A stretch of DNA of 64,000 nucleotides from Alphaproteobacteria bacterium (GTDB lineage Bacteria; Pseudomonadota; Alphaproteobacteria; CASFRQ01; SAAU01). Made by a program: the position numbers and the translations under genes. Shown here piece after piece: positions 40,192 to 48,640 of the stretch; positions within the stretch are counted from its first letter, which is position 1; every line of letters starts with the position of its first letter. The notes under the pieces were generated by a model. The model was not told the DNA's origin. It saw only the letters and a program-made list of their open reading frames with translations, and did no database searches. Where the stretch lies: assembly GCA_009929265.1 (NCBI GenBank), contig SAAU01000001.1:58245-122244 (forward strand), read 5' to 3'.

Positions 40192-41112
40192 ATGTCTGAA
40201 ATGAATTTATTTTTTGATGAAACAACGGGATTAAGCTTGGACATCAAAGAAGAAGCCTTAGACGTCTCAATAAATGAGGCAGAATTAACTGTATATCCAG
40301 AAGGCCTTAGCTTTATTCATAATGGAGAAGATGAAATAAAGGCCTTTGTTGAAAAGGTTTCAAAACCCGAGCTCAATACTTTTGTTTTAGAAGAAAAAAA
40401 GCCTGAATTAACAGCGTTTACTCAAGAAAAATTAACTGCGTTAGGCACTCAATATCAAACCTATAACACTCAATTAAATCAGCAAATAGATGAGAATAAG
40501 TCCGAAATGGAAGCCCTTTATAGCGCAACAAATACGCTAAAAGAAGAGGCCGCTTTACAAAAAGAGAAAGCCTTTCTTTGGGCGACAAAAATGGATGGAG
40601 AGGTTGAGGAAGGCCAAGGGTATAGCTCAAAATACTATGCATCGCTTTCCGATGAAAAAGAAGACAAGTCAAACAAAATTGCCCTTTTTCATGAAACGCC
40701 AGATGATACGCATTATCCTTCCGAAAAGCTGGTTTATGACGCTTTAGCCAATAAAATAAATTTGGAGGCGTCAAATCTATCTGATTTAGGTAAGAAAAAT
40801 TTGTCAGAATGGTCTCTTCCTGGGGACAGTTTTATAAATGTGACGCCAATTGCCTCCGGAGGAACTTATACAGCACCAAAAAATGGCTATTTTTCTTTTT
40901 TAGCAACAGCTCTTGATTCAACGGCCAGTATGATTTGCTTTAATGATGAGAGGCGGTTTTATCAATCGGTTTTTTATTGCAATGGATCGTCCCTTTTCCT
41001 CGGGCTAACAATTCCAATTCGGCAAGGTCAAACCATAACCTTTAGTTTTAAGAGTATCGAAAATCTGAATGTTTCATTCATCTATACAAAGGGAGAAGAG
41101 CTATGTTTATAG
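40192..41112 (+). CDS. hypothetical phage structural protein (306 aa; capsid or receptor-binding candidate)
   Basis: An acidic N-terminal half is followed by a beta-rich C-terminal region. It is translationally coupled to the upstream ORF (stop-start TAAATG). Confidence 0.25.
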   Translation: MSEMNLFFDETTGLSLDIKEEALDVSINEAELTVYPEGLSFIHNGEDEIKAFVEKVSKPELNTFVLEEKKPELTAFTQEKLTALGTQYQTYNTQLNQQIDENKSEMEALYSATNTLKEEAALQKEKAFLWATKMDGEVEEGQGYSSKYYASLSDEKEDKSNKIALFHETPDDTHYPSEKLVYDALANKINLEASNLSDLGKKNLSEWSLPGDSFINVTPIASGGTYTAPKNGYFSFLATALDSTASMICFNDERRFYQSVFYCNGSSLFLGLTIPIRQGQTITFSFKSIENLNVSFIYTKGEELCL

Positions 41113-41465
41113 GCTATCAAAATGGGAAAATTGTAGCTCAAGCTTTAACACAAGAAATTCTTGAATCCAAGCTTTGCGTTTCATTTGATGAAATTGAAGA
41201 GACAAGTCAAAATGTGATTGAAAAAGAAGGAAAACTTTATCTTGAAAATGAAATACCTTTAACGACAAAAGAAGAAATTGAAGAAAAAAGAAAATATCTT
41301 TATCAAATAAAAGTCGACTGTTTAACAGCCGAAATTTCAAGATTAAGAGACGAAATTCAAACTTTAGAAATTCAAGAGAAAATAGCAGATTTAATTTCAA
41401 AAAGGAATGAAATTGTTGATGAAATAAAGCTTCAAAATCCTTACCCAGATGAAGGAGAAAGCTAA
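41103..41465 (+). CDS. hypothetical coiled-coil protein (120 aa)
   Basis: Heptad-like E/K/I-rich sequence. It overlaps its neighbours by a few nt. Confidence 0.2.
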   Translation: MFIGYQNGKIVAQALTQEILESKLCVSFDEIEETSQNVIEKEGKLYLENEIPLTTKEEIEEKRKYLYQIKVDCLTAEISRLRDEIQTLEIQEKIADLISKRNEIVDEIKLQNPYPDEGES

Positions 41466-41728
41466 TGGCCACAAAATCAGAAAATGCGCTTTTAGCTCGA
41501 ATTGATGAGCGAACTTTAGAAATTCAAAAAAAGCTAGATAAACATATCCTTTTGATGGATTCGCTTTCTATAAAGGTGAATGAGCACGAACTTATTTTAT
41601 TTGGAAAAAAAGGAAATGATGGGCTGATTTCAAAAGTTGAATATCATGACAAAATTTTACTTAAAGCCATTGCTATTGGAGGGTTTTTACTTGTTTCTTT
41701 TGAATTTTTGAAAGGGGTTTTATTATGA
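41465..41728 (+). CDS. holin-like small membrane protein (C-terminal TM)
   Basis: 87 aa with a single C-terminal TM segment (AIAIGGFLLVSFEFL). It overlaps the endolysin start by 4 nt, which is the classic position for a holin or antiholin. Confidence 0.3.
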   Translation: MATKSENALLARIDERTLEIQKKLDKHILLMDSLSIKVNEHELILFGKKGNDGLISKVEYHDKILLKAIAIGGFLLVSFEFLKGVLL

Positions 41729-42078
41729 ATTTTTTTACAAAAAAAGAGCTTTCTTGCCCTTGTTGTGATTCCTATTTTTTCAAAGAAGAAACTTTAGAAA
41801 TGCTAGATGAAGCCCGAAAAAGGGCAGGGATTGCCTTTATTATCTCAAGCGCTTGTCGGTGCGAAAAACATAATAAAGAGGTGGGCGGAAGCCCGTTATC
41901 GGCGCATAAAACAGGGGAGGCTGTGGATCTTATTTTTCAAAATTCAAACGAGGCTTTTCTCATTTTGGAAAGCCTTATTTTTGTTGGATTTAGGCGGATA
42001 GGAATCAATTTCAAAAAGGGATTTATTCACGTGGATTCTTCAAAAACACTTCCCCAAGAGGTGTTATTTCACTATTAA
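41725..42078 (+). CDS. endolysin, peptidase M15A-type (L-alanyl-D-glutamate / D-Ala-D-Ala peptidase fold)
   Basis: Zn-ligand pattern: SACRCEKHNKEVGGSPLSAHKTGEAVDL (H-x6-D) and a later FIHVDS His. The protein is 117 aa. Confidence 0.7.
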   Translation: MNFFTKKELSCPCCDSYFFKEETLEMLDEARKRAGIAFIISSACRCEKHNKEVGGSPLSAHKTGEAVDLIFQNSNEAFLILESLIFVGFRRIGINFKKGFIHVDSSKTLPQEVLFHY

Positions 42079-42246
42079 TGACATAGTTTAAGGAGTTATT
42101 ATGAAAGAAAATTTAATTAAATTTTTAAAAGAAAATAAAAAGAAAATCATTACCTTTATCCTTTCGGGGATAGTGGCTGTCTTTGGGATTACCCTTCAAG
42201 AGGGGGCGCTTGATTCCTTAACTTCCCTTTTAAATGGGTTGATTTA

Positions 42247-42450
42247 ATGCAAAATTTTCTAATCGGTTGTTTTTTAGGAGGGGGCTTAGGCTTCCTCCTC
42301 TTTTTTTATGCCTACAAAAAGGGACGAAAAGATGAAAAAATCTATCAAAAATCAAAAAATCTACACCTCATATTGGAGCAAGAAAAAATTGAAAGCAGGC
42401 CTTGTCTTTCTGATGATGAACTTTATGACTGGTTGCGCGGCAAAAAATGA
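42247..42450 (+). CDS. putative i-spanin (Rz-like; N-terminal TM)
   Basis: 67 aa. The N-terminal TM segment reads FLIGCFLGGGLGFLLFFYAY and is followed by a charged helical segment. It sits immediately after the endolysin. Confidence 0.3.
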   Translation: MQNFLIGCFLGGGLGFLLFFYAYKKGRKDEKIYQKSKNLHLILEQEKIESRPCLSDDELYDWLRGKK

Positions 42451-42586
42451 ATGCCTTTGCCCTTTTTTCCCAAAACCTTCCCCAAAAATTGTCCAAGAAA
42501 TAGATTGCTCCAAAATGAAAGAGACATGCCTATGGCTTCAAGAACTTTATAAACTTAATAAAAAATTGGATCTGTGCCAACCCTAA
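42308..42586 (+). CDS. putative o-spanin (Rz1-like lipoprotein) overlapping the i-spanin in the +1 frame
   Basis: A basic n-region and hydrophobic core precede a lipobox-like FMTGC. The mature part is Pro/Cys-rich (CLCPFFPKPSPK...C...C). It starts inside the 42247 ORF in a different frame and extends beyond it, matching the overlapped Rz/Rz1 architecture. Confidence 0.3.
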   Translation: MPTKRDEKMKKSIKNQKIYTSYWSKKKLKAGLVFLMMNFMTGCAAKNECLCPFFPKPSPKIVQEIDCSKMKETCLWLQELYKLNKKLDLCQP

Positions 42587-42779
42587 AGAAAAAAATGCTG
42601 TTTTAATAAGAGAAACCCTAAAGATATTTTTTTATCTTAATGTTTTTTAATAACTCTTTGAATTCATTTTCAAAAAAATGTTACACTTTTTTTAAAAAGA
42701 TGCCTTTTTTAAGTTGATTATTTCGAAAAAATATTTATCCTTCTTGTTATTGTATCTTAAAACTTTCAAAGGAGGCATT

Positions 42780-43259
42780 ATGACCGATGAAGCTGCGTTA
42801 GAACAAACAAGAAAGGCCATTCAAAAGTGGAAAAAGAAAAGAGGTTCCCTTATTATGGCTTTGCATGAAATTCAAGGAATTTATGGCTATGTTCCTTGGG
42901 ATCATGCAAAAGTTGTAGCCGAAGAAATGGGGGTGGCTTTGGCCCGTATTTACGAAGTTTTAACCTTTTATAATTTCTTTAAGCTTGAATCTCCGGGAAA
43001 ATATATCATTTCTGTTTGTGATGGAACAGCGTGTCATATTAAAGGGGGCGCTTCGGTTATTGATGCTTTTGCAAAACATTTAAATATCAATCCAGGGGAA
43101 ACAACGCCTGACCGCCTTTTTCACATGCAAATTGTGCGGTGTTTAGGCTGTTGTGGATTGGCCCCTGTTGTGGTTGTAAATGGGAAAACATATGGAAAGG
43201 TCTCTCCTGCAGACGTTCCAAGTATTATTGATGAATGGAAAAAGAAGGAGGCCCTCTAA
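42780..43259 (+). CDS. hydC: [FeFe]-hydrogenase NuoE-like subunit (thioredoxin-like [2Fe-2S]; HydC/HndA-type)
   Basis: The NuoE family Cys pattern reads CDGTACHIKG...CLGCCGLAPV. The ATG at 42780 follows AAAGGAGG. The TAA stop overlaps the next ATG as TAATG. Confidence 0.8.
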   Translation: MTDEAALEQTRKAIQKWKKKRGSLIMALHEIQGIYGYVPWDHAKVVAEEMGVALARIYEVLTFYNFFKLESPGKYIISVCDGTACHIKGGASVIDAFAKHLNINPGETTPDRLFHMQIVRCLGCCGLAPVVVVNGKTYGKVSPADVPSIIDEWKKKEAL

Positions 43260-45070
43260 TGGATGAACTTACTCCAGAAATGAAAGAAAAGTTAAAGAAA
43301 CTCTACGCCACACAACGAGAAAACCTTGTTAAGATGAAGGAAGAGTTTTTGGTAAAAAAAGACTCCTACATTGCCTCTATTTACACCTGTAATAGCACAG
43401 GATGTCACTCTGGCGGGGCAGAAAATGTAATTGATGCCTTTAAGGAATCTTTGGAAATTTACGGTCTTCAAGATAAAGTGCGGATGGTGTCAACGGGATG
43501 TATGGGGTTGTGTGCACACGGACCTTTGGCGCGTGTTGAAATTAAAGGGCAAAAGCCTTTTCTTTATAAAGCCGTTGATGGCATGCTTGCTAGATTGATT
43601 GTAGCCGAGCATCTTCTTCCTGCTTTGAAAGCTTTAAAAGAGGGGAAAGCTGAAAACTTTGAAGTTAATGCTTTCTTAAAACAAAGAGAGCTTTCATTAG
43701 ATTTACCTTTCTTTACAAAACAAAAGAAAGTTGTCTTGAAAAATTTAGGGCACTCTGATCCAGAAGATTTTGGCGAATACCTAGCAACGGGTGGGTATCA
43801 AGCCTTTATTAAAGCTCTTGATACCATGACTCCAAAAGAAGTGCGCGATGTTATCCGTGAAAGCGGCCTTCGTGGACGTGGGGGTGGGGGATTTCCTACC
43901 GCCAAAAAGTGGGATTTACTTGCTGCTGCAACAGGAGATGAGAAGTTTGTCATCTGTAATGGCGATGAAGGGGATCCTGGCGCCTATATGGATGCGTGTA
44001 TCTTAGGGGGCGGCGCACATAGCGTTTTAGAAGGCATGATGATTGAGGCCTATGCCACAGGGGCAACACATGGTTGGTTCTATGTTCGGGCGGAATATCC
44101 TTTGGCTATTGAACGGGTTGAACAAGCCTTAAAACAAGCCAAAAAATATGGCCTTTTAGGAAAAAATATTTTAGGAACAGATTTCAGCTTTATGGCCGAG
44201 CTTCGTTATGGCGCAGGAGCTTTTGTCTGCGGTGAAGAAACAGCTTTAATGGAATCTTTGGAAGGTAAACGAGGCACCCCTCATCCACGTCCACCATACC
44301 CTACAGAAAAAGGACTTTTCGGGAAACCTTCGGCTATCAACAATGTTGAAACTTTGGCCAATGTCCCTGTTATTATTAGGGAAGGGGCAAAATTCTTTAA
44401 CTCTGTTGGAACAGAAACCAGTAAAGGAACCAAGGTTTTTGCCTTAACGGGGAAAGTTAAACACAGTGGATTGGTTGAAGTTCCTATGGGGATGAGCGTC
44501 TCTGAGATTGTTAATGATATTGGAGGGGGCACAAGCTCTGGAAAACCGTTTAAGGCGGTTCAAACAGGGGGCCCTTCTGGAGGGGTTATTCCTGCCAATA
44601 AGCTTGATATGCCTATTTGCTATGAAGAGCTTAAGAAAATCGGCTCTATGATGGGATCTGGCGGAATGATTGTCATGGATCAAGATGACAGTATGGTTGA
44701 AATTGCCAAATTCTATTTATCCTTTACGGTTGATGAATCTTGCGGAAAGTGTGCGCCTTGTCGAATTGGCGGCTATCAAATGCTTGAGCTAATGAAGAAA
44801 ATTGCAAGAGGAGACGGGAAAGAAGATGATATTCAAGAGCTGATTGAAATCGGAAGTGTGATGAAGAAAGCTTCTCTTTGCGCTTTAGGTCAAACAGCAC
44901 CAAACCCTGTTTTATCGACTTTAAGATTTTTTAGAGAGGAATATGAAGCTCTCCTTAAAAAAGATGACGATGAAGAAGAGGGCTGTCAAGCTGCTCTTCC
45001 CAAAAAAACAGATAAAGAAGAAAGCAAAGAAAAGCCAGAATGTGCAACGTGTTCCGGATGTGGGAGATAG
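43259..45070 (+). CDS. hydB: [FeFe]-hydrogenase NuoF-like NAD(P)H/FMN subunit with N-terminal [2Fe-2S] domain (HydB/HndC-type)
   Basis: An N-terminal 4-Cys thioredoxin-like module is present. The FMN/NADH site reads GRGGGGFPTAKKW. The NuoF 4Fe-4S motif reads ESCGKCAPCRIGG and the C-terminal end reads CATCSGCGR. GAAGGAGG sits 7 nt before the ATG at 43259. Confidence 0.85.
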   Translation: MDELTPEMKEKLKKLYATQRENLVKMKEEFLVKKDSYIASIYTCNSTGCHSGGAENVIDAFKESLEIYGLQDKVRMVSTGCMGLCAHGPLARVEIKGQKPFLYKAVDGMLARLIVAEHLLPALKALKEGKAENFEVNAFLKQRELSLDLPFFTKQKKVVLKNLGHSDPEDFGEYLATGGYQAFIKALDTMTPKEVRDVIRESGLRGRGGGGFPTAKKWDLLAAATGDEKFVICNGDEGDPGAYMDACILGGGAHSVLEGMMIEAYATGATHGWFYVRAEYPLAIERVEQALKQAKKYGLLGKNILGTDFSFMAELRYGAGAFVCGEETALMESLEGKRGTPHPRPPYPTEKGLFGKPSAINNVETLANVPVIIREGAKFFNSVGTETSKGTKVFALTGKVKHSGLVEVPMGMSVSEIVNDIGGGTSSGKPFKAVQTGGPSGGVIPANKLDMPICYEELKKIGSMMGSGGMIVMDQDDSMVEIAKFYLSFTVDESCGKCAPCRIGGYQMLELMKKIARGDGKEDDIQELIEIGSVMKKASLCALGQTAPNPVLSTLRFFREEYEALLKKDDDEEEGCQAALPKKTDKEESKEKPECATCSGCGR

Positions 45071-45075
45071 GAAAT

Positions 45076-46836
45076 ATGACAAAAATGATTAAGCTAAAAA
45101 TTGACAATCTCGACGTTGAAGTCCCTGAAGGAACCTCCATTCTTGATGCGGCTAAAAAGGTCCAAGTTGAAATTCCAACTTTATGTTATCACCCCGATTT
45201 GGAGCCAACAGCAGCTTGTGGGCTTTGTATTGTAAAGGCCAATGGACGTATGCTTCGTTCTTGTTGCACCCCGGTAATGGAGGGAATGGAAGTCATTACG
45301 CGGGATCCTGAAATTGTAAATGAACGCAAAACTGTGCTGAAGCTTATTTTAAGTCGGCATCCCAATGAATGCTTGACCTGTCTTAAGAATGAAACATGTG
45401 AGTTGCGTCAAAAGGCGGCCGAATTTGGTTTCCGGCAAGATAATTTCAAGAAAATCTCTCTTTCGCACGAAGATGCACCTTTGGATTGTTCGACGCGCTC
45501 TATTGTCTTGGATCCAAGAAAGTGTATTTTATGTGGCCGATGTGTTCAAGTTTGCCAAAATGTTCAAAATGTTTGGGCTTTGTCCTTCTTGAATAGAGGG
45601 TTAAAAACAAGAATTGCTGTCGCAGGGAACTTAACTTTGGATGAATCTCCTTGTATTAAATGTGGTCAATGTGTGGCTCACTGTCCAACAGGGGCTTTGA
45701 CAGAGTATGATGATACAGGAATTGTCTGGCGGTCTTTAATGAATAAAGAAAAATATTGTGTGGCTCAAATTGCTCCAGCTGTTCGGGTTGCCATTGGGGA
45801 AGCCTTTGGGAAAGATCCAGGGGAAATCTCAACGAAAAAGCTTTATTCTGCCCTTCGTCGATTAGGCTTTGACGCCGTCTTCGACACCAACTTTGGCGCC
45901 GATGTGACAATTATGGAGGAAGGCTCCGAGTTCGTGGAACGTTTTGCTCATGGAAAAGGCTCTTTACCTTTGATTACGTCTTGCTGTCCAGCTTGGGTAG
46001 ATTATATGCAGAAATATTATCCTGATATGATTGAGCATTTTTCAACTTGCAAATCTCCGCATGAAATTGTGGGCGCTTTGACAAAGACCTATTATGCCGA
46101 AAAGAAAGGCCTAGATCCAAAGGATATTATGATGGTTTCTATTATGCCTTGCACGGCCAAAAAATATGAAATCAGACGCAATGAATCTATGTATGCAAGT
46201 GGATGTCAAGATGTTGACGTGTCTTTAACAACCAGAGAACTTGCCCGAATGTTAAAGCAAGCTGGAATCGTCTTTGATGAATTAAAAGATGAGGAAGCAG
46301 ATAGTCCTTTAGGGGAATACTCTGGCGCGGGAACAATCTTTGGATTTTCAGGCGGCGTGATGGAAGCAGCTTTAAGAACGGCCTATCGCTTGGTTGAGGG
46401 AAAAGAGCTTGATGACGTAGACATCACCCCATTAAGAGGCGTGGACGAAGGCATTAAAACAATGGAAATGCCTTTGGGCGGCAAAACTTTGAAAGTGGCC
46501 GTTGCTCAAGGAACTGGAAATGTTGGAAAGCTCCTTGACGAAGTGCGTGATGCCTTAAATAGAGGGGAAGAATCTCCTTACCAATTTATTGAAGTTATGG
46601 CTTGTCCTGGCGGATGTATTGGGGGCGGTGGACAACCCACTGGTGTCACGAATAAAGTTAGAAAAGAACGAACAAAAGGGCTTATTATGGACGATAAGAA
46701 GTCTTCTATTCGGAAATCTCACCTTAACCCTGACGTTCAAAAACTCTATGAGGAGTATTTAGATAAACCTTTAAGTGAAAAGGCGCATCACCTTCTTCAT
46801 ACGACATATAACGCGGTTCCTGTTTATAAAAAGTAA
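45076..46836 (+). CDS. hydA: [FeFe]-hydrogenase catalytic subunit
   Basis: The N-terminal plant-type [2Fe-2S] reads C..C.C...C. A His-ligated [4Fe-4S] reads HPNECLTCLKNETC. Two ferredoxin-type CxxCxxCxxxCP motifs follow. All three H-cluster signatures are present: L1 TSCCPAW, L2 MPCTAKKYE and L3 MACPGGCIGGGGQP. The ATG at 45076 follows GGAG. Confidence 0.9.
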   Translation: MTKMIKLKIDNLDVEVPEGTSILDAAKKVQVEIPTLCYHPDLEPTAACGLCIVKANGRMLRSCCTPVMEGMEVITRDPEIVNERKTVLKLILSRHPNECLTCLKNETCELRQKAAEFGFRQDNFKKISLSHEDAPLDCSTRSIVLDPRKCILCGRCVQVCQNVQNVWALSFLNRGLKTRIAVAGNLTLDESPCIKCGQCVAHCPTGALTEYDDTGIVWRSLMNKEKYCVAQIAPAVRVAIGEAFGKDPGEISTKKLYSALRRLGFDAVFDTNFGADVTIMEEGSEFVERFAHGKGSLPLITSCCPAWVDYMQKYYPDMIEHFSTCKSPHEIVGALTKTYYAEKKGLDPKDIMMVSIMPCTAKKYEIRRNESMYASGCQDVDVSLTTRELARMLKQAGIVFDELKDEEADSPLGEYSGAGTIFGFSGGVMEAALRTAYRLVEGKELDDVDITPLRGVDEGIKTMEMPLGGKTLKVAVAQGTGNVGKLLDEVRDALNRGEESPYQFIEVMACPGGCIGGGGQPTGVTNKVRKERTKGLIMDDKKSSIRKSHLNPDVQKLYEEYLDKPLSEKAHHLLHTTYNAVPVYKK

Positions 46837-46851
46837 ACAAACCGTAAAAAC

Positions 46852-46883
46852 AAAAGCCCTTCATTGATTTGAAGGGCTTTTTC
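46852..46883 (+). terminator. rho-independent terminator after hydA
   Basis: The hairpin is gcccttc attgatt tgaagggc, followed by a T5 run. Confidence 0.6.
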
Positions 46884-46890
46884 AATTTAA
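46852..46890. repeat. approximately 40-bp direct repeat, copy 1 (contains the terminator hairpin)
   Basis: Copy 1 reads aagcccttcattgatttgaagggctttttcaatttaag. It is nearly identical to copy 2 at 48641-48680 (aggcccttcattgatttgaagggcctttttaatttaag). Confidence 0.7.
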
Positions 46891-46954
46891 GAAAATACAT
46901 TGACAGGAAAACTAATAATTGATAAAAATCTATGAAATACACGAAAGGTTTTTT

Positions 46955-47719
46955 ATGAGATATTTTTTCTTAATTCTTTTTTTTCCTTCTCTTTTAATGG
47001 CAGCGGAGGATTCTGCGTGCGTTTTTCAACATATTGACAAATGTTATTCTTGTGATGAGTTAAAAGCAATTGGACTTTCTGTTTCTAAAGAAGAAAAAGA
47101 TTCAGATGCTTTAAAAAAATGCAAAAATAGAAATGTTTATATAAGTTGGATGATTCCCCATGTTTTCTCCGTTTTAAAAAAGTGTCCAAAAGAAATGCCT
47201 TTGTTAAATGGCATGGGCCTTTGTTTTTCCTGCGCTGAAAAAGAACCTGTTTATCAAAGTTTTAAAAAGGATTTCCCTTTTTCTGGAGAATATACCTGCC
47301 CAAATAGGGTTTTGATAAGAGAAAATTCTTTCTTTGCTTACTCATATATAAGCCAATGCCCAAAAGACAAACCTTTAGTGGGATATCACGGAGATTGCTA
47401 TAGCTGCGATACGCCTCTTTCCATTAACATTAGTGAAAATGAAGTTTTATGTCGCAGATTTTGCGATGGAAAGCGCTTTTTTAATGGAGGATACTGTATG
47501 TCTTGCTCCTTTGTTCCCCTTAACGAATATCCGAATAAAGATTTTTGTATTTCTTGCGGGGGATATTGGGATAAAACGCATTGCAGGGAAAGAAGGGAAG
47601 GGGATGACCTTCAATTCTGCCACAAAAATAGCGATTGCGCAAAAGATGAGATTTGTTTTTATAATAGATGCAAAGCCTTTACAGAAGAAGAAAAAAAATC
47701 CCTTTATGGAAAGTTTTAA
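46955..47719 (+). CDS. secreted Cys-rich repeat protein, paralogue A
   Basis: The signal peptide reads MRYFFLILFFPSLLMAA. At least 24 Cys lie in repeated CPK(D/E)xPL...CxSC units. A conserved C-terminal module runs CRRFCDGKRFFNGGYC...CISCGGYWDKTHC...CHKNSDCAKDEICFYNRCKAFTEEEKKSLYGKF. Confidence 0.5.
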   Translation: MRYFFLILFFPSLLMAAEDSACVFQHIDKCYSCDELKAIGLSVSKEEKDSDALKKCKNRNVYISWMIPHVFSVLKKCPKEMPLLNGMGLCFSCAEKEPVYQSFKKDFPFSGEYTCPNRVLIRENSFFAYSYISQCPKDKPLVGYHGDCYSCDTPLSINISENEVLCRRFCDGKRFFNGGYCMSCSFVPLNEYPNKDFCISCGGYWDKTHCRERREGDDLQFCHKNSDCAKDEICFYNRCKAFTEEEKKSLYGKF

Positions 47720-47722
47720 ATT

Positions 47723-48637
47723 ATGAAAAAAACACTTTTATTTGCTTGCGCTTTTTTAATCTTTTCTTCACCCCTTTTACAGGCCAAAGAAAAACCTAAA
47801 TGCGATTTTTATCGCTACGACGGGTGTCATTCATGTGAAGAATTACAATCTTTTATAATCACAAGAAATAATCCAGAAACAAATTTAGGAAAATGCAAAA
47901 ACAGATCTATTTCTTATACAGGGTATCGGGATTCTTTAGGGTATCTTTCAGAGTTAAAAACCTGTCCAAAAGGCTATATTAAAGATTTTTATAGAGATTG
48001 TGTAAAAAAAATAGACTTTATAAATAAGTATCCTGGGCCTAACACTATTGTAAATCAAGAAAAATGCCCAAAGGATAAACCTCTCTATTTAATCGAGGAA
48101 AAACGGTGTGAAAGCTGTGACTTTCCGGACCCTGTATTTCTTTCTTCAGAGGCTAATAACCATAAAGCAGGGGCTGAATATGTATGCAAAAATCGGGTAT
48201 TTTTTAGCTTTGGAGCAGCATGTCCTTATTCCTTTTTCAGTCAATGTCCAAAAGATAGCCCCCTTCTTGATGATAAATTAAATTGCTTTAGTTGTGAATA
48301 TGATGGCCCCATAGAAACACGTAATAACCCCTATTTTTGTCGTAAATTTTGCGATGGAAAGCGGTTCTTCAACGGCTTTAAGTGTTTAAAATGTTCAAAA
48401 GATATTAACTATATTCCAGATAAAGAAACTTGCGTTTCTTGCGGAGGATATTGGAACAAAACCTTTTGCCGGAAAAAAAAGGAAGGGGACGCCTCTCAAA
48501 TCTGTCATGAAGACAGCGATTGTGCAAAAGGAGAAGTTTGTCTTTACGATAGATGTATCCCCTTTACAGAAGAAGAAAAAAAGGGACTTTACGGCATTTT
48601 TCAATCAGACATAGATAAGTTAGAAGAAAATAGATAA
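47723..48637 (+). CDS. secreted Cys-rich repeat protein, paralogue B
   Basis: The signal peptide reads MKKTLLFACAFLIFSSPLLQA. It has the same CPKDxPL...CxSC repeats. The C-terminal module is almost colinear with paralogue A (CRKFCDGKRFFNGFKC...CVSCGGYWNKTFC...CHEDSDCAKGEVCLYDRCIPFTEEEKKGLYGIF). Confidence 0.5.
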   Translation: MKKTLLFACAFLIFSSPLLQAKEKPKCDFYRYDGCHSCEELQSFIITRNNPETNLGKCKNRSISYTGYRDSLGYLSELKTCPKGYIKDFYRDCVKKIDFINKYPGPNTIVNQEKCPKDKPLYLIEEKRCESCDFPDPVFLSSEANNHKAGAEYVCKNRVFFSFGAACPYSFFSQCPKDSPLLDDKLNCFSCEYDGPIETRNNPYFCRKFCDGKRFFNGFKCLKCSKDINYIPDKETCVSCGGYWNKTFCRKKKEGDASQICHEDSDCAKGEVCLYDRCIPFTEEEKKGLYGIFQSDIDKLEENR

Positions 48638-48640
48638 AAG

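Noticed and set aside
42601-42779. Sigma70 promoter for the hyd operon (TTGAAT ... TTACAC candidates)
   Set aside because: Only weak hexamer matches with ambiguous spacing are present. The operon may instead be read through from the phage-module promoter or use a non-sigma70 promoter, so I made no confident call.
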